IMG/VR virus record: IMGVR_UViG_3300025626_000022
From: an uncultured virus (IMG/VR IMGVR_UViG_3300025626_000022)
Taxonomy: Duplodnaviria > Heunggongvirae > Uroviricota > Caudoviricetes > Crassvirales
Direction: 5' to 3' (one strand)
DNA: 64,000 nucleotides
The notes below the pieces were generated by a model, which searched no databases, was not told where the DNA came from, and saw only the letters and a list, made by a program, of their open reading frames with translations. A program made the translations under genes and the position numbers. Positions 7,598-18,440 of the stretch are shown one piece after another (the stretch's first letter is position 1; the number at the start of each line of letters is the position of its first letter).

Positions 7598-10500
7598 TTA
7601 TCTTTTGTTTAGTTCTATTATTTTATTTACTCTATCTTCTTCGTATTTAAGTCTTTTAATAGCATCTGTAGTTAAACCTAAAGATCTCAAGCTATCTATT
7701 TGAGCAGACTTATTTAATTTAAATAAATCTTTAACTTGTTTTTCAAGATCTTGTTTAATTAAAGTTTTTTCATCTAGCAGCTTTTTAGGTTTATACTGTC
7801 TTGTATTTTTTAATTTGTTTTGTTTTCTATAATCTTTTCTTCCTTCTTTTTCTGTTTTAAATCTATCAGCTCTTTGAGTTTCACTTTCTAATTGCCATTT
7901 AGGCCAACCTAATATCATAGCTATTCTTTGCCAATCTTCGTTCGTGTTATCCATAGCACCTTGAATGTTTTCCATTTTTTGAAAAACTCTATCAATAGGA
8001 ACATTTGTAACTGCAGATATTACTTTGGCCGCAGCTCTATAAGAAGGATTGTTTATATTAAAAGGTTCTTTAGCTTCAGGTCTCCAAGAGTTCATTTCAT
8101 AATCTCTTAAACCTCCTTTATATTTCTTAGTTTTTATAGATATAGGTGGACTTACCTCAAGAAGTTTCCAAGTATTGTCACCGTATTCTGGACCTGGGTA
8201 TTGACCTTCTTTTTCTGATCTTCTATATAAATCTATTAACACGTTTTTAGCAGTAGAAAGTATAACACCTTGAACACCTACACCTCTTAATATGTTGTCT
8301 AACATACTATTTGCAGTGTCCATATCTTTTTTGCTATTCTTACTATTGTAATACTTCATAGCTTGCTCCGCTTCTTTATCACTCATGCCTTGATCCTTGA
8401 AATATTCTAAAGAAACATCATCTTCGTCATCACCAAAACCGCTAGCAAACATAGCACTTTGTAAAGCTGTGAATATCATATTCTGAACAAATCCATAATA
8501 TAATATCTTACTTATATTAGCTTTAGGGTCACCTCTTCCAGCTACCAAATCTCTACCAGCTTTATCCATTATTCTAGCGTATTGAGATGGTGTGTTAGCA
8601 AAAGCTAATATAAACCTACCAAGAGTGCTAGCTTGTTGTTGTGATATTTTATCAGCTCTGGCAGACTGCTGCGACTCTTCAGCTTTTTCTCTAAAATCTA
8701 AAAACGCTTTAGCTTCAGCATCTGACTGGCTCATGCCTTGTTTAACGTAGGTTTTGGTTCTGTTTCTAAAATAAGTAGAACCACCTGTCGCTATAGCAAA
8801 ACTATCAGCAAATTGAGTCAAAACAAATCCTCTACTTAGCAAATAACTTATAACACCTTTAGCGCTGTTACCGGTAGTTTTTGCAGCTTCTGCTATTTCA
8901 GATTCACTAACATTTATTTTTAAACCGTTACGTCTGTCTACTAGAAAATCAGAATTCATTAAACGCATGAAGTCTGACCAGTATTGCTTTTGGTTAGCAA
9001 ATGCAGCACCTGCTTTTAGTGGGTTGTTATCACTCCAATTTATAAAGTTAGCAGCAGATATAGTCTGTAACACCGCTGATCTAGCGTTTAAAAACATAAC
9101 AGCGCCTACAGAATTATTTATATAATCTTGAAATCTAGCTTCTAATCTGCTAATTCCTTGCTTTCTGTTTTGTCCAGTTCTCATTCTTCTTATAGAATCT
9201 TCAATAGCTTCTCTATATTTAGGTCCGTAAGCTGCTTCTAACTTGTTCAAAGTTTTATTATCAAAAGCTAAATCAATATTATCGCTCCACTGCTTTAATA
9301 ATCTAGGTCTTGTTTCTTTTCTTAAACCACCTATAAAGTCAGTTGTTATAGTTCCAGCTAGCCAATCTCCCCCTGGATAATGATAACCATCTTCTTTACC
9401 TAATTCTATTAATTGATTTACGAATAAATCCATATCTTTATTACCAGAGGCAAAATCTCTAATTTGACTCAAGTCTCTTTCTGATAATCCATCTATTTTT
9501 ATACCTTGCCTATCCCAAGCTGCTATTCTAGTAATATCTTCGTATGTGAAACCACCAAAAGCTTTTTTCTTTAAGTTAGTAGGTATACCTTTTAAACTAG
9601 ATTTTAAAGCTCTAAAATCACTCATTAACTGGTTTTGAGCAACTGATAAATCATTCATGGCTCTGCTAAATGGTTTTATTAAATTTTCCTGCATCCAACT
9701 CCATTGAGCCTCTCCTTTAGCTCCTTTAGCTAGCATCTTATATAATAACCCACCAAAATCTTGAGCAGAAGGAGGTATTAAAGACCAAGAGTTTCTAGTT
9801 CTACCTTTGGCTTTAGCCCTCATTGAAGAATACTCTTTATAACTTTCTATACCAGTTGCATCGAAAATTATATCATTCATTATTTCACCGGCGTTTTTGC
9901 TAAATTTTATTTTAGCTTGTTGAGTGTTAGACTTTGTGTCTACTACATTCAAAACTCTACTAACAGGACTAGGTTTAATTAATTCAAAATCATAGCTTCC
10001 ACCGTCTTCGTTCAAAACAGATTTAACATCCCATACATCTGTTTCCCAGCCTAGTTTTTTACCTAAGCTTTCCATTAGTGTAGTGTATAATCTAACTCTA
10101 CTTTCTTCACCCTTACGAGCTGAAAACTCTATTTTATTTATTTTATCGTTTTGAGAAATTAAATCTACCAATCCGTTATAGACAGTTCTAACAACTTTTA
10201 CAGAGTCACCCGTTCCCGTAATATCTATTCTACCATCTAAATTAAATTCTACATCGAAACTTCCTACACTATCTCTAGCATCTAAGTTAAAATTATATTT
10301 TTTATTACCTATTTCAAAAGTAGTTTTTATATTGCCAGCTTCATCTGTTGTCCAGTTTAATTTTTCACTCTTTCCAGTTTTGCTAAACTTTATTGTATTT
10401 ATTTTTGCTAGTTGAGTTCTTGATTTTCCATCTACTAAACTTAAAGCTATATCAGCAGCGTCTATATTTTTAACTGCGTCATCTGCAAAGTAAAAATCAT

Positions 10501-13500
10501 TATAACCTTCTGCAGCTTTGTCTACTATCCAGTTTGACTTACCTAACGGAGAACTATCAGCTAGGCCAGTTATATTTTCTATAGGTATATTTAATCCATT
10601 TTGATCTAAAAAAGCTTTAATAGCAGGAGCAGCAGCTTGAGGTCTAGCTGTTAAAACAAATAAGTCTCTATTCCCTTTAGATTGATCCATCATTTTAGCT
10701 ACTTCTAGCAATGGACCAGGCTTACCATCTATTACTTGGCTAAATTCAGAAAAATCCCATTCAACACCTTCATTTGTCATTCTGTCTCCATCTCTTGCAA
10801 ATTCTTCTGCTGTTAGAGATCCAGTTTTTCCATCTGGCATAGTATATAACACATTGCTATTTGTTCTAGCTAAAGTATCGTCAAAGTCAAATATTCTAAT
10901 TTTCTTAGTTGGTGCATTAGGATCACGAGCTAAATTCAAAGCTTTGTCTAATATTTCAGCTTGTCTTATTACTTCTGGATTAGTTGTTTTACTGGCTTTT
11001 ATATTAGGAACAACTTTACTTTTGGAATTTGTTTTTATATTTTCTTTTGAAGCTTCGCCTTTTTTAACATTTAAGTCATTACTATTTACAACGTTTTGTA
11101 AGTCAATTATTCCTTGTTCTTGAAACATATCAATTTTAGAGTCAGGCAAACCAGAAAGTTTAGTAACTTGTATTCTTAAACCTATATTAGCAAAGCCAGG
11201 GCTTCCTGGTAGTTTTCCGTCAATTAATTCAACACCAGCTTTTTTATAGTTCATAGGTCCTCCAACAGAATCATTTGATGTTTTAGCAATAGCTAAACTC
11301 CATATAGCTTCGCCATCTAAAAAAGGAACAGCGTTACCTAAGTTAGCAGGATCTTCTAATGAAGAATCTATAGTGTTTCTTAATTTAAATAAACCACCAG
11401 CTTTTTCTCCAGAAAAACCTCCTTGTTTAGCTATATTCATATATGCAGTCCCATTCTCTTTACTAGAATAACCTTCACCTACACTATCAGCTGAAAGCAC
11501 AGTTTTTCTTTGAATTCTTCTTTGAAAACCTTCTTTCTGTAAAACATCTAATACTCTCTTATCTAATACTTCTCCTATCTTATATTTTACCCACTTTTCG
11601 GCATACATTTCTTTACCAATCTCATTTGCTTTATCAACCCAACTTTGTATATCAGATCTAGCTGATTCAAGCATGTTTAATAGATCTTGATTGAAGCTAA
11701 GTTCTTTAGTTAGAGTAAAGTTTACTTTACCGTTGGCACCTGTATTTATTACAACTCCAACACTTCCAAATCTAGCATTATTTAATTTAAGCTCAACGTA
11801 AAAAGCGTTTCCACCTATAGTTGCTTCCATGTCTGCAGCTCCACCTATTTCAGACGGGCCAACACCTGTTATTTGTAGCGCTGATTTTTTTCCGTTATCT
11901 TTTTGCCATTTATCAACGCCTCTAACTCCTATATCGTAAGCTAATTGTTCGGCAGCATAACCAGCTGTTAATCCTAAATTTCTAGCTAGTTCTCTTACTG
12001 TTTCGTCAAAGTCTTGATTTTTCTTAGTTGTTAAAAACTCTTTTCTAGCTTTAAAAATTAATTCAGCTCTTTCAGTATCATTAAGATCAACTTCTTCATC
12101 TATTATAGACGCAATAATTAATGATTTTTCTGGATCACCAAGTATTGAATCAACTCTTGCTATGTTCTTTGAAAGTCCTTTTATGCCTTTTTTAATATCT
12201 TTTGTCCAGTCTTTTTTAGGTTCAGTTGAATTAAATTTAGTATTTCCAAAAGTTTCTTGCCATGTTAAATCAACGTTTTCATCTGTAAATCCTCTAGCTT
12301 TTAAACTTGTAAAAAATTGTTTTCTTTTATTTAAAAAATCATTTTTTAATTCAAGATCAGCATTAGAAGCTAAGAAACCTTTTGAAAATTTAAGATTAAC
12401 ACCACGACCTATAGCTTTACTTACGTCATCTAAATAAGCATCAAGTACAACCTCTCCTGTGCCTGAGTTTTCTAAACCTAGTTCAAATTTTTCTAATACT
12501 TCTGGGTTACCAGCAACCTCCATAGTTGCATTTAAAGCAAGTTCACCTGATATTTTATCTGCTAAAGCATCTTTTCTAGTTCCTTTCTTAGATCCTTTAA
12601 TATCAAAAAACCCTAAAACAGCATCAGGATCAGGATTTAATTTCTTATATAAGGTTGGTCCTTGATTAGTAGTGGCAGACACAAGTAAACCTGTTCCTTG
12701 AAAACGCTTAACTTCTTCTACACTTAAGTTTTCTTTTATTACCTCTGTAAATATCTTATCTTCTGGCTTTACTAATCTTTCTAGAGCTACTAACTTTTCA
12801 ATGCTCATATCAGAAATAGCCTCAGCATTTTCTGTCAACCAGTTAGTGTAGTCTGCTCTACTTCCAAACGTTTCTGCGAACGCTGTTCTTAATTCAGCAG
12901 ATAATCTACCTTCAAGATCTTTAGAAAATTGTTTATATATACCGGCTAAATCCCTATCTGCTTGACGTTTTGTATCTCCAGTTGGATTAGTAGCAAGAAC
13001 TTTTTTAACGTCAGCTAGTGTAACGTCTGTTCTTTTTCCTCCCCTGTTTTTTCTAACATATTTAAACTTAGGCATTGGCGTGCTTAAAACCTTTTTAGTT
13101 GTTTCCATTACATATTCACCTAAAGGAGAATCTCTCTCTATATTTAAAGACTCTCTTAAGTTAACGTCTGGAACGGTTTCAATTTCTGTTTTTGTTTTGT
13201 TTATTTCTTTAATGTCAGAACTACCTAGATTATCTATATCTTTAGAGCTAAAGTCATTAAAAACTTCTCCTGTTTTCAAAACGTCTCCTATCCTGTTTCC
13301 CAGCCTACTGTTTATATAACCATACAAACTATCATTCGTCTTATCAAAGCCTCTTAGATCAGGTAAGAGTTTAACCTTAACGGCTTGTACTAGCTCTTCA
13401 ATGTCTAAGTTTTTAGTTAAATCAACAACATTTTTATCTTGTGTGACAAAGTTTTTAGCTTTTGCCCTTATCATTCCATCTAAATCTTTATCTATTTTAG

Positions 13501-16500
13501 GAAAAAACGCATCTGCTTTAGGATTATTTTTTCTTAAACCTTCTTTAAAATTAGGCCACTTGTCTTTTACCTTTTCAAACTTATCGTTTATAGATTTTTT
13601 AGTTTTCTTAGCTATATTAGATATAGATTCATCATCTCTTTTTCCTAGCGTACTGCTTGGAGCGCTATTACCATCTTTTACAAAAGCTTTAATTTTCTTA
13701 ACATTAGAAGCTATTATATCCATAAAACCTTTAGGCTTTTCTTTTAATAGTTTTTTATTTTCAGCTACTAACTCTGCTCTTGTATTAGAAGTTTTTGATT
13801 GTTTAGTTTTAGAAGCTGCTATTTTTGATGGTTGAGATTCTTGGTCTCTATTAATATCTATAACCTCTGTTTCGTTAGTTTCTGATCTCGCTTCTAGTTC
13901 GGCTAAAGTTTCAGAACTTACTTTACCTAATCCTATTTCTTCACCAAGTTTAGCAAAAAATTTATTTATATCATTTGTACCTTTAAAATCTACTCTAAAC
14001 TCTCCATTACTAGCCTTCATTAAACCTTGGTTTAATTTCATAGCAAAGAAAGCTGTAAAATCTTTATAGTTTTGTAAATCAATATTACCTGCTGCTATTT
14101 CCTCTACAAAAGAAGAGAAAACTTCCTCAAAGTCAAAAGTACCATCAGAGTTTCTTAAGCCATCAGTACCTTCTAAAATCATTTTATTAAAAACGTCTGT
14201 TTGTTCTGTTCTCAAGAATTCTACTAATATCTTGCCAGACTCATTAAATGATTCAGGATCACCTTGTATTAATTTTTTAGTAGCACCATGACCACTTTCG
14301 TGTAATGGAACACCTGGTTTTTGGTTATTAACTGCGTTTTCTTTTATGTTAAACTGTGTATTTATATCTTCTGCAAAAAACCCGTTAACTTCTCCACTTT
14401 CAACACCTTTTATAGCTTGATCTCTTTGTAATTCTAATTCTTGTTTTTTAGTTATTTCAACTGTTCCACCATCTTCAGTTTTAACCTCTACTTTTTCGTT
14501 AGCATCTACATCACTTAAATTATCTATAACCTCATTAAAAGCTGTTTCTATATCTTTAACACCATCTGCTTTAGTTTCTGAATTTTTATAATTCCAATTA
14601 CCTTGATCTGCTATAACTTCAGCTTTAGCACTGTTAGTATCATAAGTTCTTTCGTCTATTATTTTAACAGCTTCAGTGTTAATTTCAGCTTGATCTGGTT
14701 TATAATTAGGATCATTAATTCTTTCTTGTATTCTAGTAACAGCCTCTGACTCTACTTCATTTACAACTTGTAAAGCTTCGTTATCAAATACAGAATTACT
14801 TTTTTGTACAAACCACTCGTGAGCAAAAACTTCATTATCTAAAAAGCTTTGGTTAATGCTTTGCATCTTTTTATATTGAGCATTTATTTCTTGTAATCTA
14901 ACAAAAGCGTCACTACCAGGTGTAGCGGCATCTGGATCTGCAGCTAAATTCAAAGCTTCAGTTCTAAGTTTAGCTAAGTGCTCTTGGTTCTTAACATAGT
15001 AAGCAGCCGCTGAATTTCTCATGCCATCTTCGGTAACTTTTTTCATTAAGTTATCGTGGTGCTCTTTCATTTCACCATTTAAAACTTCAATTTGTCCTTG
15101 TACCTCTACTTTTTGTTTTACTAAATTATTTAAGTTTAATATGTTTTCTGGTTTTTTTAATGGACCTTGCTCTGCAGATTGAGCTTCTGCTATTTGCAAA
15201 TTTATATCATCAATTAACTTATGTTTTTCAACTAAAATATCATTAGTGTTTTTAATTAGTTTGATCTCTTTATTACTAGAAAAATTAATTGTAGAAGAAC
15301 TACTAAAAGCTTTTCCAGCACCATCTAATATACCAGTTAGTGCAAAACCACCAGCATACGCCTCTACCAAGCCAGTTGATAATGGCCGTTGTTCTACTAA
15401 ATTATCAAAAAAAGTTACGCCAACCTCACCTAGTCCTTCAGTGTTGCTTTCTTTTAACCAACTTTTCCCGCCTGCTTTTATTTTTTGTCCCCATGAAGTA
15501 TATAAAGGTTCTAATGCAGCATTACCACCTTGGTTACGTATAATCTTATTAAACTTAGCAGCGTATTGACCTGTTGTTAAATAAGCAAAAACAAATTCAT
15601 TAGCTCCAGCAAAAGATAATCTAGACATATACTCTAAACCTCCAGTAGTTATTATTTGATTATTTAACTCATCTATTTTAGCTTTTTTAGTTTCATCAGA
15701 CATGTTAGATTTGTTTATATCTTTTATCTGATCTTTAATCTCATCATTTTTTAAGTCTATTTCAGTTTGCTTAGAACCTACACCTGACAAGCCCGCTATA
15801 CTAGAAGAAATAGCAGCAGCATAAGAACTACTACCACCTGACAGTATCATTACGGCCATTATTGGAGCTGTATCTGTAAACATATCTGTACCCCATTCAA
15901 AATATGCAGACAAACCTTCCCAACTGCTAAAATTACCTTCATCAAAAGTAGAAGTAGAAAAGTTATATTCGCTTTTTTCTGTGTCTAGCCATTTTTGCAT
16001 TTCGACATTACCATGAGCTAAAGCTTCAAAAGCGTCTATGTCTAAATATTTACCAGCCCAGTACATAGGATTTACATACATGGTAAGAGCAGCGGCGGCC
16101 ATAGTTAAGTCTTTAGCTAAATTTAAACCAGATATACCTAAGCTTACGCCAGCTCTTTCAAGCTCATTATAATTTTTACTCCATACATCTATTTGATCTT
16201 TAAAACTAGGTATGTCTTCTATATAAGAAGCAAATTTAGAATATTGAATCTGAACCATTTTACTAGATAAAAAACTTTGTGTTTTTAAATCATTATAACG
16301 GTTTATAGTTCCTATAGGCATAAAGGCAACTGCTTGTCCATTTTCTTTTAAAATTAAATCTTTACTAACATATTCATAAAGATTTTCTCCAGCTTTTATA
16401 GTATAAATTAAATCTTGTCCTTTGTCATTTTTTTGACCATTTACTTTTAAGTAAACATCTTCCATAACATTGCCGTCTTCGTCAACTCTTGGCATTACCG

Positions 16501-18430
16501 TAAGGCGAGATAACTCATTTATTCTTCCAGCTTCTGTACTAGCATAGTTGTAATTTGCAAAAGAATTTTCATTAAAAAAAGCGTTTACGTTTTTTCTTTC
16601 AGGGAAGAGATCAACTCTGTTTTTTGCTGTTTCAGATTTAGCAACAAAAGTATTGATACTAGCTTGAGCTTGCTCTAGTAAAAATTTACTTTCTCTATCC
16701 ATTATGATAGAACTAGCTATACCAAAACCTAAGTTTTTAGCTTTCTTATCTCCAGTTCCAAAAATAGCACCACCATCTTTTTCTGACCACTTCTCAACAT
16801 TATCTTCTAGCACAGCTCTTTCAGCATCACCCATTAAAAGGCTTCTAGTTTTATCAACTAATTCTTTAAAGTCTTGTTGAAGAGGATCTTTAGAATTAAC
16901 AACATATTCATTGTCTTTATTTAGTAATTCGTCTATAGTAAAGGTAAGAGGCGGTAATCCCTTGTTTTTTCTTTCTAAATTTATTAATTTATAAGCTTGC
17001 CTAGCAGTTTTAGTATCTTCATTAACCTTTTTTACAACCATTTGAAATCTCTCTACACCTAGTTGAGTATTTTCAACTCTAGACAAATCTCCAGCTACTA
17101 TGCTTTTAGCCAATTTTTGTTCATTAAATTTTTTATCTAATCTAACTTGTTGCTTTTCGCTTATGCCAACACCGCCTTGGTCTACTGGTGTATCTAAAAG
17201 AATTTTATTTGACATCTTTATTTTGTCAGCTTTATCTTTTAAAGCACCCCATTGATCACTGTCCCAGTTGTTTAAAACAAATTTCTTTAATTTACTTTTT
17301 TCTCTTAATATTTCTTCTTTATCTTTGGTTGGACTTAAATCAAATTGAAATACCTCTTTTTCACCGTTAGGAGCTGTAACTTCTATTTTGTCTCTTAAAA
17401 AACCAGAAATACCTTCAAGAGGTTTAACTTCAAAAGATTTAGGTAGTAGTAAATCTAACGCTACAGATCCTTCATCTTCTGTAGTTCTAAATAAGTTTTC
17501 ATTTAAAACACCATCTAAATAACTATCTACTGTGTTTACAGATAAATTATTTAAAGTGGAATTCTGCCAAGCATTAGAACCTCCTTCAACTTTTACAACG
17601 ATTTCAGGTAAAATACCTAAATCAGCATCTGTAACCCAGTCAAACTCTATACCTTGTATAGGATCTTCTACTTCGTTAGTATAGTAGCCATAATCATCAC
17701 CTAAAGATTTTGCAAATTTTTCAATATCATAATTTACTTCAGCAAGTTTTTCAATTAAATTAAAATCATCACCATTTATTATATCTTCTAGCTTGTAATA
17801 TTTTGTAGTTTTACCTTCTTTTTTAGTTATAAATTTACCAATAGTAGATTCTCCTTCAAACGGTGAATTAATATTATCTTCTTTAAAATCTTTATTTGAA
17901 ACTAAACCAGAGTACTTATCCTGCACATCATCTTTACCCATTCTAGGTATTGTAATTTTAGAAAGTAGATAATAGTCTATATCTTTTAAAGCTCTTTTTG
18001 TATTTGCTTTTAGTCTTAAGTTTTTTACGTTAAACTTACCTAATTCTGCTTTTTCTTCTGGTAATTCTAATTCTTCTAATTCTTCTTGCTCTTCTACTAC
18101 AGGTAAATCTATATTAGTAGTATTATCAGATACTGCAGGTGCTTGATTTAAATCATTACTATCTGTAACGGGTTCGTTAACATTTTTTCCTCTTAATTTA
18201 TCTATATACTTACTACTAGGGTATTGATCAGGCGTTACTGTAGCTACATTAACCTTTTCTTTTTTATCTTTTTTAGGATCGCCATCTTCAGGTTCTATGA
18301 CAGTATTCTCTAACAAAGATATATCATTATTCTGTTTTAAGTATTCACTTACAGATAAGTCTTTATTTTCCGCTGCAAGACTTATTTCGTCTTCCGTAAA
18401 CTCTATATCATTATAAAGATATTTATTCAT
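7598..18430 (-). CDS. Giant (3610 aa) polyvalent internal virion/ejection protein with zincin, sigma-r2-like, PD-(D/E)xK and HAD domains
   Basis: Last of three internal-protein genes after the tail genes; HESGH...FEEVF; ELVQAVKVKLL...FDKTNDSLYGYINSRLGNRIGDVLK; AAEQ...ADMEA...VELK; IFDFDDTL...LTARP...FADDAVKNI. Confidence 0.75.
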   Translation of the reverse strand: MNKYLYNDIEFTEDEISLAAENKDLSVSEYLKQNNDISLLENTVIEPEDGDPKKDKKEKVNVATVTPDQYPSSKYIDKLRGKNVNEPVTDSNDLNQAPAVSDNTTNIDLPVVEEQEELEELELPEEKAELGKFNVKNLRLKANTKRALKDIDYYLLSKITIPRMGKDDVQDKYSGLVSNKDFKEDNINSPFEGESTIGKFITKKEGKTTKYYKLEDIINGDDFNLIEKLAEVNYDIEKFAKSLGDDYGYYTNEVEDPIQGIEFDWVTDADLGILPEIVVKVEGGSNAWQNSTLNNLSVNTVDSYLDGVLNENLFRTTEDEGSVALDLLLPKSFEVKPLEGISGFLRDKIEVTAPNGEKEVFQFDLSPTKDKEEILREKSKLKKFVLNNWDSDQWGALKDKADKIKMSNKILLDTPVDQGGVGISEKQQVRLDKKFNEQKLAKSIVAGDLSRVENTQLGVERFQMVVKKVNEDTKTARQAYKLINLERKNKGLPPLTFTIDELLNKDNEYVVNSKDPLQQDFKELVDKTRSLLMGDAERAVLEDNVEKWSEKDGGAIFGTGDKKAKNLGFGIASSIIMDRESKFLLEQAQASINTFVAKSETAKNRVDLFPERKNVNAFFNENSFANYNYASTEAGRINELSRLTVMPRVDEDGNVMEDVYLKVNGQKNDKGQDLIYTIKAGENLYEYVSKDLILKENGQAVAFMPIGTINRYNDLKTQSFLSSKMVQIQYSKFASYIEDIPSFKDQIDVWSKNYNELERAGVSLGISGLNLAKDLTMAAAALTMYVNPMYWAGKYLDIDAFEALAHGNVEMQKWLDTEKSEYNFSTSTFDEGNFSSWEGLSAYFEWGTDMFTDTAPIMAVMILSGGSSSYAAAISSSIAGLSGVGSKQTEIDLKNDEIKDQIKDINKSNMSDETKKAKIDELNNQIITTGGLEYMSRLSFAGANEFVFAYLTTGQYAAKFNKIIRNQGGNAALEPLYTSWGQKIKAGGKSWLKESNTEGLGEVGVTFFDNLVEQRPLSTGLVEAYAGGFALTGILDGAGKAFSSSSTINFSSNKEIKLIKNTNDILVEKHKLIDDINLQIAEAQSAEQGPLKKPENILNLNNLVKQKVEVQGQIEVLNGEMKEHHDNLMKKVTEDGMRNSAAAYYVKNQEHLAKLRTEALNLAADPDAATPGSDAFVRLQEINAQYKKMQSINQSFLDNEVFAHEWFVQKSNSVFDNEALQVVNEVESEAVTRIQERINDPNYKPDQAEINTEAVKIIDERTYDTNSAKAEVIADQGNWNYKNSETKADGVKDIETAFNEVIDNLSDVDANEKVEVKTEDGGTVEITKKQELELQRDQAIKGVESGEVNGFFAEDINTQFNIKENAVNNQKPGVPLHESGHGATKKLIQGDPESFNESGKILVEFLRTEQTDVFNKMILEGTDGLRNSDGTFDFEEVFSSFVEEIAAGNIDLQNYKDFTAFFAMKLNQGLMKASNGEFRVDFKGTNDINKFFAKLGEEIGLGKVSSETLAELEARSETNETEVIDINRDQESQPSKIAASKTKQSKTSNTRAELVAENKKLLKEKPKGFMDIIASNVKKIKAFVKDGNSAPSSTLGKRDDESISNIAKKTKKSINDKFEKVKDKWPNFKEGLRKNNPKADAFFPKIDKDLDGMIRAKAKNFVTQDKNVVDLTKNLDIEELVQAVKVKLLPDLRGFDKTNDSLYGYINSRLGNRIGDVLKTGEVFNDFSSKDIDNLGSSDIKEINKTKTEIETVPDVNLRESLNIERDSPLGEYVMETTKKVLSTPMPKFKYVRKNRGGKRTDVTLADVKKVLATNPTGDTKRQADRDLAGIYKQFSKDLEGRLSAELRTAFAETFGSRADYTNWLTENAEAISDMSIEKLVALERLVKPEDKIFTEVIKENLSVEEVKRFQGTGLLVSATTNQGPTLYKKLNPDPDAVLGFFDIKGSKKGTRKDALADKISGELALNATMEVAGNPEVLEKFELGLENSGTGEVVLDAYLDDVSKAIGRGVNLKFSKGFLASNADLELKNDFLNKRKQFFTSLKARGFTDENVDLTWQETFGNTKFNSTEPKKDWTKDIKKGIKGLSKNIARVDSILGDPEKSLIIASIIDEEVDLNDTERAELIFKARKEFLTTKKNQDFDETVRELARNLGLTAGYAAEQLAYDIGVRGVDKWQKDNGKKSALQITGVGPSEIGGAADMEATIGGNAFYVELKLNNARFGSVGVVINTGANGKVNFTLTKELSFNQDLLNMLESARSDIQSWVDKANEIGKEMYAEKWVKYKIGEVLDKRVLDVLQKEGFQRRIQRKTVLSADSVGEGYSSKENGTAYMNIAKQGGFSGEKAGGLFKLRNTIDSSLEDPANLGNAVPFLDGEAIWSLAIAKTSNDSVGGPMNYKKAGVELIDGKLPGSPGFANIGLRIQVTKLSGLPDSKIDMFQEQGIIDLQNVVNSNDLNVKKGEASKENIKTNSKSKVVPNIKASKTTNPEVIRQAEILDKALNLARDPNAPTKKIRIFDFDDTLARTNSNVLYTMPDGKTGSLTAEEFARDGDRMTNEGVEWDFSEFSQVIDGKPGPLLEVAKMMDQSKGNRDLFVLTARPQAAAPAIKAFLDQNGLNIPIENITGLADSSPLGKSNWIVDKAAEGYNDFYFADDAVKNIDAADIALSLVDGKSRTQLAKINTIKFSKTGKSEKLNWTTDEAGNIKTTFEIGNKKYNFNLDARDSVGSFDVEFNLDGRIDITGTGDSVKVVRTVYNGLVDLISQNDKINKIEFSARKGEESRVRLYTTLMESLGKKLGWETDVWDVKSVLNEDGGSYDFELIKPSPVSRVLNVVDTKSNTQQAKIKFSKNAGEIMNDIIFDATGIESYKEYSSMRAKAKGRTRNSWSLIPPSAQDFGGLLYKMLAKGAKGEAQWSWMQENLIKPFSRAMNDLSVAQNQLMSDFRALKSSLKGIPTNLKKKAFGGFTYEDITRIAAWDRQGIKIDGLSERDLSQIRDFASGNKDMDLFVNQLIELGKEDGYHYPGGDWLAGTITTDFIGGLRKETRPRLLKQWSDNIDLAFDNKTLNKLEAAYGPKYREAIEDSIRRMRTGQNRKQGISRLEARFQDYINNSVGAVMFLNARSAVLQTISAANFINWSDNNPLKAGAAFANQKQYWSDFMRLMNSDFLVDRRNGLKINVSESEIAEAAKTTGNSAKGVISYLLSRGFVLTQFADSFAIATGGSTYFRNRTKTYVKQGMSQSDAEAKAFLDFREKAEESQQSARADKISQQQASTLGRFILAFANTPSQYARIMDKAGRDLVAGRGDPKANISKILYYGFVQNMIFTALQSAMFASGFGDDEDDVSLEYFKDQGMSDKEAEQAMKYYNSKNSKKDMDTANSMLDNILRGVGVQGVILSTAKNVLIDLYRRSEKEGQYPGPEYGDNTWKLLEVSPPISIKTKKYKGGLRDYEMNSWRPEAKEPFNINNPSYRAAAKVISAVTNVPIDRVFQKMENIQGAMDNTNEDWQRIAMILGWPKWQLESETQRADRFKTEKEGRKDYRKQNKLKNTRQYKPKKLLDEKTLIKQDLEKQVKDLFKLNKSAQIDSLRSLGLTTDAIKRLKYEEDRVNKIIELNKR

Positions 18431-18440
18431 ATAATTATAT

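Noticed and set aside
7598..18430. Virion RNA polymerase as in crAss-like or N4-like phages
   Set aside because: No DxDGD/DFDID catalytic motif seen; the DFDD string belongs to a HAD motif I with matching motifs II-IV
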